Part shown: in pieces, positions 35,677 through 50,335 of the stretch
Numbering within the stretch: position 1 is the first letter of the stretch
Layout: each line of letters starts with the position of its first letter
NCBI RefSeq assembly: GCF_002105155.1
Contig: NW_019028989.1
Coordinates: forward strand, 124,001-188,000
From: Lobosporangium transversale
Lineage: Eukaryota
Reading direction: 5' to 3'
DNA length: 64,000 nucleotides
Program-made: the position numbers and the translations under genes
Notes under the pieces: generated by a model
Told to the model about the DNA's origin: nothing
Databases searched by the model: none
What the model saw: only the letters and a program-made list of their open reading frames with translations

Positions 35677-38600
35677 ATGTTATCAGTTGCATCCACACTC
35701 AGAGGCAACAGAATTACCTTGGCTAGCGCACGCACAAGCTCTTTAAGGACTCAGCTCGCTTTACCTAGAATAGCCAGGAATCATTTACGATATAGACTTC
35801 ACTCCACTGCAGCAGTTGAGGAGAGCTCACAATCTATCACCCATACCACTGTTCCGATCAGCCAAGCTCGTGCAGAGACGAACCAAAATCTTCATTCATA
35901 CTCTTCAGCATCAGGAAAACTTGAACCTATCCGTATCATTCGCTTGCCAGAAGCTAAATCTCATGAGCCTCGTGAATCCGGCAAGTTTGGAGATAATCAA
36001 CTATCTGAACAGATGGCTGTTATGTATGCTTGTATAAACACAGGTGACATGGATCGTGCTCGCCGCATTTTCGTGACGCTTCATAAGAACAATCCTGAAG
36101 ATATGCTAGTCCTTGGAGATATTAGAATGCACAATAGTTTCATGGAGAGTTACATGAACGCTAGTCCTAGTCCCAGAACTAAGGAGGCCTTGAAATGGTT
36201 TGAATCACTTTCAAAGTATAAAGTCAAACCCGACTTGACCAGTTTTGCTATTCTCATCAAGGGATTTATCAAGTAAGGGCATGGCTCATCGACAAAAGAA
36301 AAAAAAAAAAAGTAAAATCGGAAGGAAGTTAACTTCTACACTTTTCTAATATAATGCTCCTTGACTTAATTTTTCAATCGATTATAGGATGGACAGCATG
36401 CACACAGCCAAAGTCATGATGATGGAAATGCAAAAAGCTGGGTTTACCCTTGACGAATTACGACAGTGCCCCGACTTACAAGCAGAGGATGTGGATAGGA
36501 TTAACAGTGTAGCGGGTATGCTTAAACCCGCTTCAGCACGCCTGAAGCCGTTGACACCTGTATCATCTGTGGCGCCAACTACCCCTAAATCTGAGTTTAA
36601 AGAAGCTATTCCTGTTCAAAACTCAAACAATGAAACTGTTATTGGAGTTCGATTCATGAAGGATACTCTAGAAACCCTTAATCTCAAGGAGCTCACTCCC
36701 TTTGAGCGCCAGATGAAGTTAGAAGAGCGGTCCTATCAATCGGCCATCGACAGGATGGAATATGAACGAGAGAGCATTCCAGAGCAACTAAACGTTCGTC
36801 CCCTTAGGACTTATTTGTGGCAATGGCACCAAGCACTCAAGGCCGGTATCAGAGCGGAAATAAAGCGTGTAGATGCAGTTTTAGAACGGAGGTCACTTTC
36901 GGATGATGCCGCTCTAGACAAGGATCGCATGTTATATGGTCCTTTCTTGAAACTTCTCTCACCTGACAAGTTGTCTATCATCACTATCTTGGAGCTTCTA
37001 CGACTCAACAACTCTGGTGGCATTATTGAGGGTATGAAGTCTGCCCGTGCTCTGATTGGCATTGGCAAAGCCGTTGAATCAGAGTATAATGCTGAGCAGA
37101 TGGCGAAAAAGTCTAATAAGGCACTGGTAAGTTATAGATCATGGCGGCTTTATCAAAAACTTGTACATTACAATCGTCGGACTTTCTATCTGATTTTTGT
37201 TTATTTATTTATTTATTTTTCCTTCCCTCCCCGTTAGTTTGATCAAAAAGTCAGTGTCCATCAACTTTATGGAAGTGGAAAACTTTTTAATATTGCTGTT
37301 CGGAAAGCAGAGACAAAGAGATCTTCAACAATGCACCCTACAGATTGGACACCTGTATGGCCGGAAACTATGAGGGCTAAGGTCGGCTCCGTCTTGACGA
37401 CTCTTTTGATGGACTGTGCTAAAGTTCAGATCCCAAGTTTTGACCCTGAAACAAAACAGAAGATTGTGGAGGAGATCCCTGCCTTCTATCATTCATATCA
37501 ATACAACAAAGGCCAGCGCATTGGTGTTATCAAGGTTCACAATCATATTTCTGAAATTTTATCCTCTGAACCCATTGGAAGTTTAATTCATCCAAGCATG
37601 CTTCCAATGTTGGTTCATCCTCGACCCTGGCTGGCATACAATGACGGTGGATATCTTACTGCTCAGTCTATAATCATGCGTATCCGCCACTGCCCTCAAC
37701 AATTGGATTACCTTAAGAAGGCACATGAGGAGGGTCTCTTGTTCCGCGTTTACAATGGCTTGGATGTTCTTGGTAAGACTCGCTGGGCAGTCAATAAGAA
37801 GGTCCTTAAGACTGTTTTGGAGGCATGGAACTCTGGAAAGGAGTTTGGAAAGATCCCTGCTGCAGCGGCTCAGGTTGAGGATCTGCCCAAACCAGATGAT
37901 TATGAGACCAATAGCAAAGCCAAAGCTAGGTGGCTTTTCGAAAATCGCAAGATGAAGATGGAAGCTAAGAACCATCACAGTTTGCGATGCGATGTCAACT
38001 ATAAGATCGAGATTGCCCGTGCTGTAAGTGTTATGTCCCCACCTGATCCTTTTACTTTTTTACTTTTCCTTTTATTATTATTACTATGACATGGATTTGA
38101 ATCAGAAACTCACTGTTATTACGATCCAATGGACTCCTCTTTGGAAACGTAAAGTTTGCAGATGAACCCATGTTTTTCCCACATAACCTAGACTTCCGTG
38201 GACGTGCTTATCCTATTCCTCCTTTATTCAACCACCTGGGAAACGATCTGTGCCGTGGTCTACTTCTCTTTGATGAAGCTAAGCCCTTAGGCCCTAAAGG
38301 ATTCACTTGGCTAAAAATTCATTTGGCTAACTTGGCAGGTTACGATAAACACTCACTTTCGGCACGTGCAAAGTTTGCCATGGATCACCTTGACGATATT
38401 TTCGACAGTGCTGACAATCCAATGGAAGGTCGCCGTTGGTGGCTCAAGGCAGAAGATCCATGGCAGTGTTTGGCTACTTGCATCGAGGTTGCAGAAGCGG
38501 TTCGCAGCGGTGATCCAGAGAGCTATATGAGCAGAATCCCTGTACATCAGGATGGTACTTGTAACGGTTTACAGCATTATGCCGCTCTTGGAGGAGATAT

Positions 38601-40006
38601 CGCAGGTGCTCAGCAAGTCAACCTGGTCCCATCTGATGCGCCTCAGGATGTCTATTCGGGTGTAGCTAAAGCTGTGGAGCGTATTCTTGAGCAACATGCT
38701 GCAGAGGGTGTTGAGAATGCAAAGATTCTACTTGGCAAGGTGACCCGCAAAATTGTGAAGCAGACCGTCATGACTAACGTATACGGTGTGACCTTTGTGG
38801 GTGCCCGTGCGCAGATCGAAAACAGGCTTAAGGAAACTGAAGGAATCCCCAAAGAAAATGTTCATGCACTGAGCACGTACTTGACTCAACAGGTATTTGC
38901 ATCTATCGGAGAAATGTTTACAGGAGCCCGTGCCATTCAAGATTGGTTGGCGGAAAGTGCTCGTCGCATTGCAAAGAGCGTGCCCAAGGACGTAGTTGAT
39001 CCAGAGACCGATGAGATCCAAGAAAGTTTAACCGTCAAGGGACGTAAGAAGAAAACATCCAGAAAGGCCATTGCAGACCAACAAATGACAAGCGTCATTT
39101 GGACTACACCACTGAACCTTCCCATTGTTCAACCTTATCGCAAACTGGAGCACAAGCAGGTACGCCGATTTTTAGCCATATCATATATTAATCTACATGT
39201 GGCATTGTCTGAAACAATTTATTGACAGGGTAGTTTAATTTCCATAGATTCGAACCAACCTGCAACAGTTGACCATTAAGGATCCCTCACAAGCAAGCCC
39301 TGTCAATGTTCAGAAGCAGAGGACTGCATTCCCACCTAACTTTATTCACTCTCTGGATGCTACCCATATGCTTATGTCGGCCGCCGGATGTGTTGAGGCA
39401 GGATTAACGTTCGCTTCTGTGCATGATTCTTACTGGACTCACGCATGTGATGTTGAAATCATGAACGAGGTTCTGCGCAAGCAGTTTATATTGCTGCATA
39501 GCAACAACATCATGAAAAATCTCGAAAATGAGTTTATGGAGCGTTATAAGGACTACTTGTATCCTGTTACATATATAATTGCTGGCCCTGGCGAGCCTGT
39601 CGAAGAAGGCATGATTGCTTGGGACGATGAGCGTGTTCACCGCAAAAATGCCAGGATCGAGAGTAGTATTTCTGGTACAGAGTTTGTGCCTGACCTTGAG
39701 GCACCTGCAGATGAGCCTATGACTACAAGCTCTGACCGATCTGCAAAGATCAAGGAAAATAACATGTATCATTTTGACGATGATGAGGATGATGAGCACG
39801 ACTTGTCGGGTGTGGTTATTGAGGAAGACGCAGCAGAGCTAGAGGCAGAGGCTAAGGCAATGGGCAAAGCACTTCGTAAGCGCGGTGGAAAGAAAACAAG
39901 CAAGAAGTTATTCCATTCATGGGAGTCCATCTCGTTCCCACCATTGCCAGACCGTGGTGAGTTTGACGTGGCCAAGGTGGCCGACTCGGACTACTTCTTC
40001 TCATAG
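35677..40006 (+). CDS. RPO41: Mitochondrial single-subunit (T7-like) RNA polymerase, 5 coding exons
   Basis: Presequence, PPR-like N-terminal region, PHNLDFRGRAYP, HQDGTCNGLQHYAAL, RKIVKQTVMTNVYGVT, FPPNFIHSLDATH, FASVHDSYWTH and the terminal YFFS. Confidence 0.97.
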
Positions 40007-40793
40007 GACAGCTATAGGTCCATGGCAACGCGCTTTAATTGGCTTCCTTATTCTGCCCTGCATTCATTTTAATATTTTCTGTTATCATTATTTCAACATC
40101 AGCATTGCTCAATGTTACCATTTCACTATTGTTAATCCACCCTTTATATCATGTATTTTTATCTCACACAAAAATAAAAGTCATTATCTATTTCATGCGT
40201 TCGTGCGACCACGCGTCCTGCAAAGCGCGACATCCAAATATGTTAGAGGCCACATGACAGAAGGCTCATACACAGTCACTAGCTTGTCTCTCCACATCTC
40301 TTTCCTTTTTCTTTTTATTTTTTTGAGCCCATTCCTTCACTTTCCTCCATGCCCCTGTTCAACGTATAGACCTATGTACACCTGTATACCATAATCAATT
40401 GTCCAGGTTTCTGATGAAACAGCCATTAACGGAAACAAAAAAAAAAAAGAAAGAAATTAAGAAGTAAAGACCAAACCATCATACTGATCAAGTCCCAGTG
40501 CTCGCCTACATTAATACGCATATACAGATATACACATCAGTAATCGTCTATATAGGCTATTGCCTTTAGTACTGACCATCAATAACTTTGCTATCAACTC
40601 TTCATTGGCGGCGCTCCATATAACACACAACCAACTTTGCCACCAAGTAGATTTGTGAGCACGACGTGAACATTGAGCTGTGAGCTAATATCCATATCCT
40701 TTCGAGGCACTAAAACCATTATTCGGCCTCACGAAAACACAAAGAGCAATAACGCCAACTCAAATTTAGTCAACCTAACCTTCGGTCCAAATC

Positions 40794-43700
40794 ATGTACA
40801 GCCACCAGCCACAGCCACTGAGCAACCTCTCACGATCCCTGCCACCAACACCAAGCCAGCTGCATTCCCCAGATCTGCCGGACGACAATGAGGCTTCCGA
40901 TGATTATTTTGTAGACTCTGAGGACGTCCCTTTACCCTTCCCTATTCAAACCATTGTTGCAGACCCGCAGACTGGACTGAGTCTGACGCTTATCTCTGCT
41001 CTCGGCGCCGGATCCTATGCCGTAGTCTATCTCGCCAGAGAAGTGGCTTCCGGAACCTTGTATGCCCTCAAGTGTCTTGGAAAGGACAAGCTGACAGACG
41101 AGGAAGTAGCGATCCAGCGAAATGAGGTAAGTCACCTGAGCTGGCTGCATCCCCGTTGCCTCCAAATCTTCACGCTCTTCACATCAACATAAGGAATGTT
41201 ATTGTCGCTCTTTTCCCAAAGACCTGCGCATTAATGTTTCCTTCACCATAGGTTGTCATTCATACGTCGCTGCCCAAGCATCGAAATATTATACATTTAT
41301 TTAATATGTTTGAGACAAAGGATCATTTATTCCTGCTTCTTGAATACTCTTCTGGAATGGACATGTATCAATGGATCAGTATGCGTTCTGATAAGGCAGA
41401 CCCCATCACTGGAGAGCTCTACTCTCCCAAGGCGCGCTATGGTGTCATCAAAACAGTGTTTGATCAGGTCATGGAGGGTGTGGGATTAGTTCATGCATGT
41501 GGTGTAGCCCATCGAGATCTTAAACCAGAAAACTTTTTGATCGAATTTTCCGATGGCCATTATACTGTTAAGCTTACGGACTTTGGTCTCGCCACGACTG
41601 ACTCGCAGTGTGACGAATTTGAGTGTGGTAGTAAGCCCTATATGAGTTTTGGTAAGATATTGTTGCTATTTACCTCCAGCCCATGCTATTAACCACTAAG
41701 ATGAGGATCCCGTTGACTCTGTTTCTGTGGCGTGTATTCATTTATTCATTTGTCATTTATTATCATTTTAGAATGTCGCAATGGCTTAGATGCGACATAT
41801 GATGTACAGATGGCCGATATTTGGTCACTTGGAATTATTCTTATCAATCTATTGTACCATCGATGTCCTTGGTCTGACCCATGTCCACAAGAGTCATATG
41901 CATTTTCGGAATTTTTGAAGAGCAGAGTGGACTTTTTGCAAAGACGATTTGAAGATATGCCAGGATCAGTGGCGAGATGGCTTGGATTGCGCGCATTTGC
42001 GTTTGTGGGCAATGCGAAATGTAAGAAGGGGCGTACGCGGCCTAGTATCAATGAGTGGAAGGCTTGGATGGTCGATTTTGTGCCGCGGATGTTAGGTCAG
42101 ATCAGTTTAGATCAAGAAGAAGATTATGACTATGACGATAAGCAAGAATATCGTGAGTACTTGGAGCTGTTTGAGGATGATATATTAGGACAAGAAGTGG
42201 AAGGCGATGAAATCCTCGATAACGACAATGAGGATTATGGCTCAGATAACCAGGTTGTTCCTATCGCAATTCAGTCTTCTTCTGTCAAAGAAAAACAGTA
42301 TTTACATCCTGAAGCTGAGCGAGCTTATGCATCATATCATGCGAAAACACATAATACGTTCACATCCTCATCTGTGCCTAAATTTGATCCCTCGGCTTTT
42401 TACCAGCCTGCGCGGCTTCGACAAGAATCATGGTCTGATGCTATTGACATGGAGGGCACTGAGGATGCGGAAATGGACTTTTCCGCACCAATCCTGTTCG
42501 AAGAATCAGAGGAAGATGACAATCAGCAGTCAGATGATGAGGACGACGCTTCTGGACTAGCTGTAGCTCTCCCTGACGATTTCATTGATCCTTTGCCAGG
42601 CCCTAGTGTAGCGTCCTCTGGACGCCAAACACCATCAACTCCGACTATGACGCATCTGAACTTCAACTCGGAGAAACGGCAACTCCCGGTGCATCTTCGT
42701 TCCGACGTGGACTTGCCTGGTCGTCGGTCCCCTCAAGAATCTACAAAAAGAATCGCTGGCCGTGGATCACCAGGCCCGGACTTGAGTGAGCAGATTAATA
42801 CGTTGGTTTTTATTGAGCCAGATGTCTCAAGAGTCACTCCTGATCCTCATCAAATCACATCTGGAGCGGGGGGACATGCAATCGCTTCATCTCTGCCTTT
42901 GGCTAGTCATATTGAAGCAAACCTTGGCTCCAGCTCATCATTGAACAAAGAACAAGCTTATTTGAAGCAGCAAGTACGGACACCAGCCCGCAATTTACAG
43001 GACGTTAAAGCTGTGCCTTTTGTATTCCCACCTCTCAAACCCACTACAACGCTGGGAAATCCTCACACTGATAGTGTGAGTGGACTCGCGCCATCATCGC
43101 AACTTAAAGATAAATCGCTGTTGTCTCAGACTAAGACCCCGACAAGTAAAAAGGATGTTAATGGACTGGAGTCTATGAGTTTAAAGAAGATAGTCTCCAG
43201 CAAAACCAATCCTCAAGTCACTCCTAAACAATCTCAGCTCGGCTTGTGGGCTAATTCTTCTGCAGTGTCTGGTCCTTCACGACTGTCAGAGCCTAACAGT
43301 GCAAGTCATGGTCACAATTTCAAATGGCGAGGTCACCGTCGTGGGGGAAGCTGGACATCTATAGATGATGGCTGGGATAGCCGTAGAGATATTAATTCGT
43401 ACCGTGGCGGAGATGGATCGAAGGCTGGTTCAGGGACATGGCGCGCGCGTCAAGGTGATAGGGAGGATGGACATGGTCTGCCTCCTCGAGCAGAGAACAA
43501 ATTTCGGCCGAGATACCGCCAAGGGCGCAGATTTCCTCCCCAGTCCAGCTCATCAACACTGCCGCCAGCTCCACCGATGTCCCATTCAGGATATGGTGCA
43601 CCTCGCTCACGTCATCAGAGTAGACATGGAGCGGTGTTTGATAGTGGTGCGTCAACGAAAGAGAATGATGTTAACAAGTCTACTTTTAAAGAATTGTCAT

Positions 43701-44791
43701 GTAAAGATTCTTTCCATCAGCAAAGACAGCATCAGGAACAGCAACCTCCAAAATACGAGCATAGTCAGCTTCGAATGCATAAGGTGAGCCATTCAACTGG
43801 ATCAAAGCTTGCTGGACAACGCAATAAGAGTCTGATCGACTTACGTGCTATTGATGTCACGAGCCAACCATGGCGGCAACCGGAGCAAGGCAGCACGCCG
43901 CCTATTACACCCACTATGACCAAGGCACGGTCACAGGCCGGTGCAATTGACTCTGATCAGCGTAAAGGATCAACAGGAGCTGTTCATTTAGATTCGCAAG
44001 GGAATTTTGGCGGTCCCTCTATGCGCAACCGTTTGGCCAATCGACAGTCTTTAACCGATTTTAAAACATCTAAAGACAGCGTCTATCACCCGCCTCATTG
44101 GCATGAGAGAAATAACTCGAGCCCGTCCGCGGGCTCATTGCAAAGACCATCAAGTGGATATGAATCGGATTTCTCAGGATGGCAGAAACAAGATGGGTCA
44201 ACGACTCTGACCTTTACATCTAAAAACAAGCCAGCATCAAAAGGTCGCCATGGACATCACTCCAGCTCAAGTATGAGCTCATCAGGAGTGGATCGCAAGC
44301 ATATAGCACCACGACAAGCAGACACAGTCAACAGCTGGAGGGGTGGTAGTTTTGGCAGTGGCGGAGAACCAATACGTGGAACACAGGATCGCCTGCATGG
44401 CCTTGGCAAGAAACCGAGCATGGATTTTAATAGCCTCAGCCTAGGTGCCAACGCGTCACAACTCCTGGCTCCTATGTCACCGCAGATGACACTGACCCCA
44501 CCGACTCCAAAAGTAGTCAGATCGGAATTCCTTACAGAGACGCCAACGTCAACCCCGGCAACGACCACTAAAGAAGCACCGCCTGAACATGGCCAGGTAC
44601 CTGAGGGATCTGAAACCAAAAAGATTGTCAAGGCAGGCGCAATGGCAGGACTTGGAAACATGTTACGTGGACTTGTGGCCTACAACAAAAACATCAAGGT
44701 TGGAGGAGAAGGAGTGGCAACCTCACAGCCACAGAGGACTGATCAGCCTTCACCGTTTTCTGCGGACGAGCAAGGCGCACCAAACACGTAA
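40794..44791 (+). CDS. Ser/Thr protein kinase (Ran1/Pat1-Ksp1-like) with ~900-aa disordered C-terminus, 3 exons
   Basis: GAGSYAVV, YALKCL, HRDLKPEN, DFGLA, CGSKPYMSF|EC and ADIWSLGIILINL...PW. Confidence 0.88.
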
Positions 44792-45171
44792 TTTATTGAT
44801 CTTCATTTACCTCAACACTAATTTATTTGATTTGATTTCGATTTTTATTTTTTGCTTTCTTTTTTTTCTTTTTTATTTTTTCTTTTCTTTTTTTTTCTTT
44901 TTTTTTTTTTTCTTTTTCTTTTTCTTTTATTTTTTTCTTTTTTTTATTGCTTCCGTTGATTCCATCTTTTCTGGACCTTGTATAAATAATTCTAGGCTAT
45001 GTTAATAAAGCAGCAAAGCAACTGTAGGAAGTTCCAAGGATAGCGCATCAAGCTTAAACTATTTAACATATTCTACAGTTAATCATCATTACCAGTGTAA
45101 AATGAATATGCTCTAGCGTTTATTTTAGCTCAGGTAAAACATGACAAGGGCAGGTCTAGGTTACTTTCTTT

Positions 45172-45397
45172 TTATTTGATCTTGGCGCCAACGACAGAGG
45201 GCACAGTGCAATCGCCTAGTTCAGTATGTAGGACATGGACGGCGCCTTCATCAGACTTCCAGGCAGCACGAAGCTCGGCTGTGGTATGGAGACCAGGCTG
45301 GATAGTCTCCCAAATTTTCTTCTTGGGGTTCATAACCTCATCGGGCTTTTCATCTAATTTTTTTAAAAGTTACAAAATTTAGTAAGAATGATGAGTG

Positions 45398-45434
<37 letters not shown>

Positions 45435-46203
45435 TCATGCATTTTGGTGTAAATTACCTTTCCAGTCACCAAAGTAACACTTGTCTCCTGGTTTGGATCC
45501 CTTAGGTGGCTCAACTAGCTCGAGCTTGCCAGCATCATCAGTAGCAGCCAAGACCATAGCAAAAGACTTGACGCCTCTCATGGCAGCAGGCTTCAAGTTG
45601 CAGACACAGACCAACCAACGATTCTCCATCTCCTCAATAGGAATATGCTTGACCAATCCACTGACGACTGTTCGAGGTTCAGGCTCACCAACATCAATAG
45701 ACTCAACATACAATGAGTCTGCATCTGGGTGTTTTTCGACCTTCAAAATCCTTCCGACACGGAGATCAACTTGCCATGGCTGTGGGGTGGTAGGTGCAGC
45801 AGGTGCAGCAGGAGCGGCGGGGGCCTTGGGAGCCTTTGCCTTCTTTTCCTTCTTTTGAGCGTCACCTGTATTTGTGGTGGTGGTAGTGCCCTCCTCAGAA
45901 GCAGCATTAGCTTCCTTTTTGGCCTTCTTCTCCTCCGTCTTGGCCTCCTTCTTGCTAGCCTTCTTGGCCTTCTTCTCGTCTACTGAGGCGCTAGTAGAAC
46001 CAGCACTAGCTTTTGCAGATGTAGCCTTCTCCTTGGGAGGGATCTGAAGCTCAGGAGCCTCAAGATCGATAATGATAGGTGCTAAGTGGCCCAACTCGCT
46101 AGTTTGTTCCTGAATCAAATCGAACCAGCGAGTCAAATGAGGACGCTTCAACTGACCATCCCTGGACATGGCGCTCTGGTTGGGGGTTTTTTTTAGAGAG
46201 AGG

Positions 46204-46237
<34 letters not shown>

Positions 46238-47096
46238 AAATGAATGTTTAGTAGACTATTCAGTGCGTTTGTTTTTCTATTTAGAAAAATGAAAACAAAA
46301 TAAAAAACAAAGTAAAAGCAAGTCGCCGTACGAATTGTTCATGGATCTTGACAAATGTCCAGAGGTCGGCATTGGTAATAGAGTGTCCGACTATATAAGT
46401 CCGAGTCTCGAGATGTTCGTTTAAAGCCTGTCAACAAAAAAATAAAATATATCAGTTGCAGTAAGCTTTTTTTGCATAGTCTTAAAATGATGAGTATAAT
46501 CTAGCAGAGTTAAATCATTCCAAAAAATTGAGTACCTTGGCAAGAGGAGTAAGATCTTTCTCGAAACGTTCGATCCATTCTTTGATCTAGTGAATTGGAT
46601 GGGACAGAGAGCAAGATAGAAGTAAAATAAATAAATAAATAAGTAGTAAAATAATCAAATATATTATGGTCTTAAATGGATCACATGAGGCCGTTGCTAT
46701 CCATTTCCAAGTCATCTTATGTTAACCGATCATCTGTTTATGACAAACAGTGGTAAACTTAAGTCTCAACAGTTTGAGCCTTTTCCTGTAACAGTAACAA
46801 ACCCTTTTTTTTTTTCCCAGTCTGCTTTCTCCTCATGTCTTGTTATCCAGTTGCTAGTGTTCATTTATAAGTTCCAGTGGCGCGTATTCTGGATAAATCT
46901 CTGATCGTTCCATGAATAATTAATACAAAAAGAATGTAGAATGAAATGGAAGCTTTGATTTGTTTTTTTTTTTTTTGTTAAGTTTATTTGGCAGTACCTC
47001 CTTGCGATCGCTGTCAGTCTTGCCTTCCAAAAGCTCTGCACCCCCAAGGCGACCTTGGCAAGCATTCAAGAAAGAGGTCGTAACGGTATCAGACAT
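45172..47096 (-). CDS. ARC1: tRNA-aminoacylation cofactor Arc1/EMAP-II-like (GST-like N-terminus, Lys-rich linker, tRNA-binding OB fold), multi-exon
   Basis: LTRWFDLIQ, VDLRVGRILKVEKHPDADSLYVE, PRTVVSGLV, CNLKPAAMRGVKSFAMVL and MNPKKKIWETIQPGL. Confidence 0.92.
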
Positions 47097-50000
47097 GGCG
47101 TATAAAAAATAGGCTTGAATGATTTAAAAAAGAATGCATGTCTTGTAGCACTCTCTGTTGTAATATAAAAAAAAAAAAAAAGGCCAGTCGCATACACGGA
47201 CATGTAATTGATCGTGGCTTGTTCATTATATGATGATCCAAACCTCCTTAAATGAAAGTACGATTTTAGAATATTGAATTAACCTTTTAAGTTGATTTCC
47301 AGCCTAGGGGCTACACCTAAAAAACGCGTAATTATTCAGAGACGCGTACATGTACTCAAAAATTTGTACCGGTAAAAAAAAGGACATCAGATTATCATCT
47401 TGGAACGTCTTATACAACTTTGTGCCTTTTTCCGAATTAGATTTGCTTAATTGAGCACTTGTTCAAAAATTTGTAAAGTTATACTTGAGCGAGCTGCTTC
47501 ATAAAATAAATATGTAAGGAAAAAAGGGGGGACTCTAATGAAATGAAACTTGAGGCTTTTCTAGGTATGCAGACGAAAGGAAAGAGTTGGAAGCTCAAGG
47601 TCTTTGCAAGGGTTGACAGAGATGAGACAAGAATGACTATAACTAATATTGCTGCCTTTTATGGCAGCGACATTTTGCTACCCTTATATGCTGGGAGTTT
47701 TGCTTCTCTCGGGTTGGAAGCAAACAAACTGGATTCGAGTCGAGAGCATGCTCGGCAGAAGCAAAATGCCGTTTCTATAAAAGGCAACACAATTTGGTCG
47801 TACACAAGCTTCTATTTATTTTGTCATCTGTGCTACAGCATTAATATATGCACTAAATCCTTTCTCCTACGCAATGATTACACTGTAATCGGAAGAAATG
47901 TAGTATAGAGTAGAATGGGCTATGGGATTTGGGAAGAGGACGGCTAATTAATGGGTATGCAATATAAAGTAGATGCCAAAGAAAGGGATATCAACATCAA
48001 TATTTCAATCAAGCAAGTAAAAAACCAATATCTTCTTCAATTCGTCAACAAGCGCTTATTTGGTCCTATTTTGCCAGCAACAGTGCATGCACTGCAGCAC
48101 TGAAGCACTGTAGCACCCAAACTTCCCTCTATGTGTTGCGCATGTGTACTTAAATCGGGCTCTAAAAAAAAAAAAAAAAAGATCGCATCTGTAATTGTGG
48201 TTTTTATTGTTTTCTTTGCTAAACACCCAAGGGTCTAGTGGGTGCGAGGAGGGGGCATTACAAACTCCTGTATATTTCCCTAACCGACCTGCGGACGAGA
48301 AAAGGGAAAGTAAAAAAGGCTTTATGAGAAAACTAGACCCTAGAAAGCACTCAAGCGCACGAGGAGACTAGACTCTTTTTTTTAAAAAAAAGCTAGATCT
48401 GTCACCAATGGCTAATTTGAGAAGTCAAGGGAAGTGGGAACAAAACCTTAAAATGTAAACAGAAGTGTCTAGAATAGAACCAAATCAGACATGCGGTTCA
48501 GGACTTACTTTTGTCGCTTTCCTTTCAGAGTCTCACTTCCATTCATCCTTGTTTTTGCGAACTATTATAAAAGCATGTCTCGAACTTTTTTTATCTATTT
48601 ACCTACATGAAGGAAGAAGACGGAAAATATTATTAGAATTGCGCAAATCAGTCATTTGAATGGAACTCAATCTGCGGCCTCATTTGGAAAACAAAATCGC
48701 ACTTTTATATCTTTTAATGCATAAATTTTATAGAGTAACAATTCAATTGCCTTACAATATCAATTAGAAATGAATGAGATTGTGAAAAACAGTGTGCATG
48801 AACCAACATTCAGCAGGACAACAGTAACTAAAAAAAGACAAGAGTAAAGCGATGTTTATTCCTTGGACATGGTCATCATATATTATCGTGTGATTCCACC
48901 AAGGATGAATTTTTTGTTGTGAATGGTTAAACACACCTAACCCATTTGTCAGGATCCACCTCGTGTAACTATTTTCATTTTGAATCGTCAATAATGTCTC
49001 GACTAAGAGCATTTTTATTTCGAGTAAAGTAAGGAAGCTCTGTCAAAGAGACTTTTTGCCGCTGATGTTAAGCACCACGGGAAATGAAGGATAAGTATAT
49101 ATCTGATGCAAATGTGTTACATGGTTTCATGGAAAGATTGAAGTGAAGACAATTGAGGCGGTCTGAAAAGGTAAACTAATAAACACCCAAGCACACTCCA
49201 ATGGACCAAATGAGGCGGAGATTTTAGCTTTGCCTTTTTTTTTCTTTTTTTTTTTTTCCTGCATCCACCGACTCTTTCATCAATTTCCTCAATTACCCTT
49301 TTCTGTCTTGCTTTTTAGGCTCTTGTCGCTCTGGCCTTGATCTCTATGTATCTGCACGTATTTATGTATTTGCCCCAAACGCCCTGCCCTCTCATTTAGC
49401 CCTATTTATCCCTTTACATTGTTTGTTCCATGTAAGTCAAAAATATGGATCATTCACACTTTACAATCAATTTTCTGTTCCCGTTAAGATCTATGCTACG
49501 TCTTTCACTAATCCAGTGGCATTATTCTGTCATTATATTATCCTCATTTTTTTCGAGTGTATAACATTGTTTTAACCGCTTACTCATTTATTACAGTCTT
49601 CCTACAACCCTATGGCTTTCGGCTCCAAAAGAGAAAATGCTGAAGTAAACAAACCAAAGTCGGGATTGAGCATGCGGCATGAAATTCATCCTGTAATCAA
49701 TCTTCTTTTTTTAATCCGCGTGCGAGTCCCAAGTCTTGTACGTCATCTGTACATTTTAAACGAGGAGGACAAAAAAAAGGTCGTCTTTTCATCTTTTCTC
49801 TCTAGTTCTCATCCATGTTGGCCCACAAGCAGCTGGACTATGTTGCTACAACAAAGTGCCTTGTATCTGAGCTTACTATCAGTTCTATGCTGTTAATGAT
49901 GTTGTGCTTTGGCCAATGCTGATCATCATTGTCACACCACACCGGACAATTGAGTGACCCTTTTTATTATTATTATAAATATGTATATATATTTATATAT

Positions 50001-50293
50001 TTATTTATCCCACATTTTTCCAGCCACTGCCCTTGCATCTAAAATGAGCGTCTCCTTACTCCATTGCTCTACGCGTTATTTATATATCCTTTTTTATCCA
50101 TTTGCATGTAAATGGTCTTATTGGATATGGCCCTACATCCTTGGCATTATGTTTGCATGGCAAACAAAAATATATTGTCCAAGTTCATTGGTTGCACGTC
50201 AGAATACCCTTCCCCTCACTCTCATTTTTTTTTCTGCCTTGGCTTCTTTAATCCATATACCATCTTACAATATTCTTGTTTGTTGCGTTTGTA

Positions 50294-50335
<42 letters not shown>

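Noticed and set aside
38170..40006. Phage- or linear-plasmid-derived RNA polymerase
   Set aside because: It has spliceosomal introns, a presequence and an N-terminal extension, so it is the ordinary nuclear RPO41.
46660..46715. Intronic snoRNA in ARC1 (aaatggat...atccattt hairpin)
   Set aside because: Only a single short hairpin; H/ACA or C/D boxes could not be placed convincingly.
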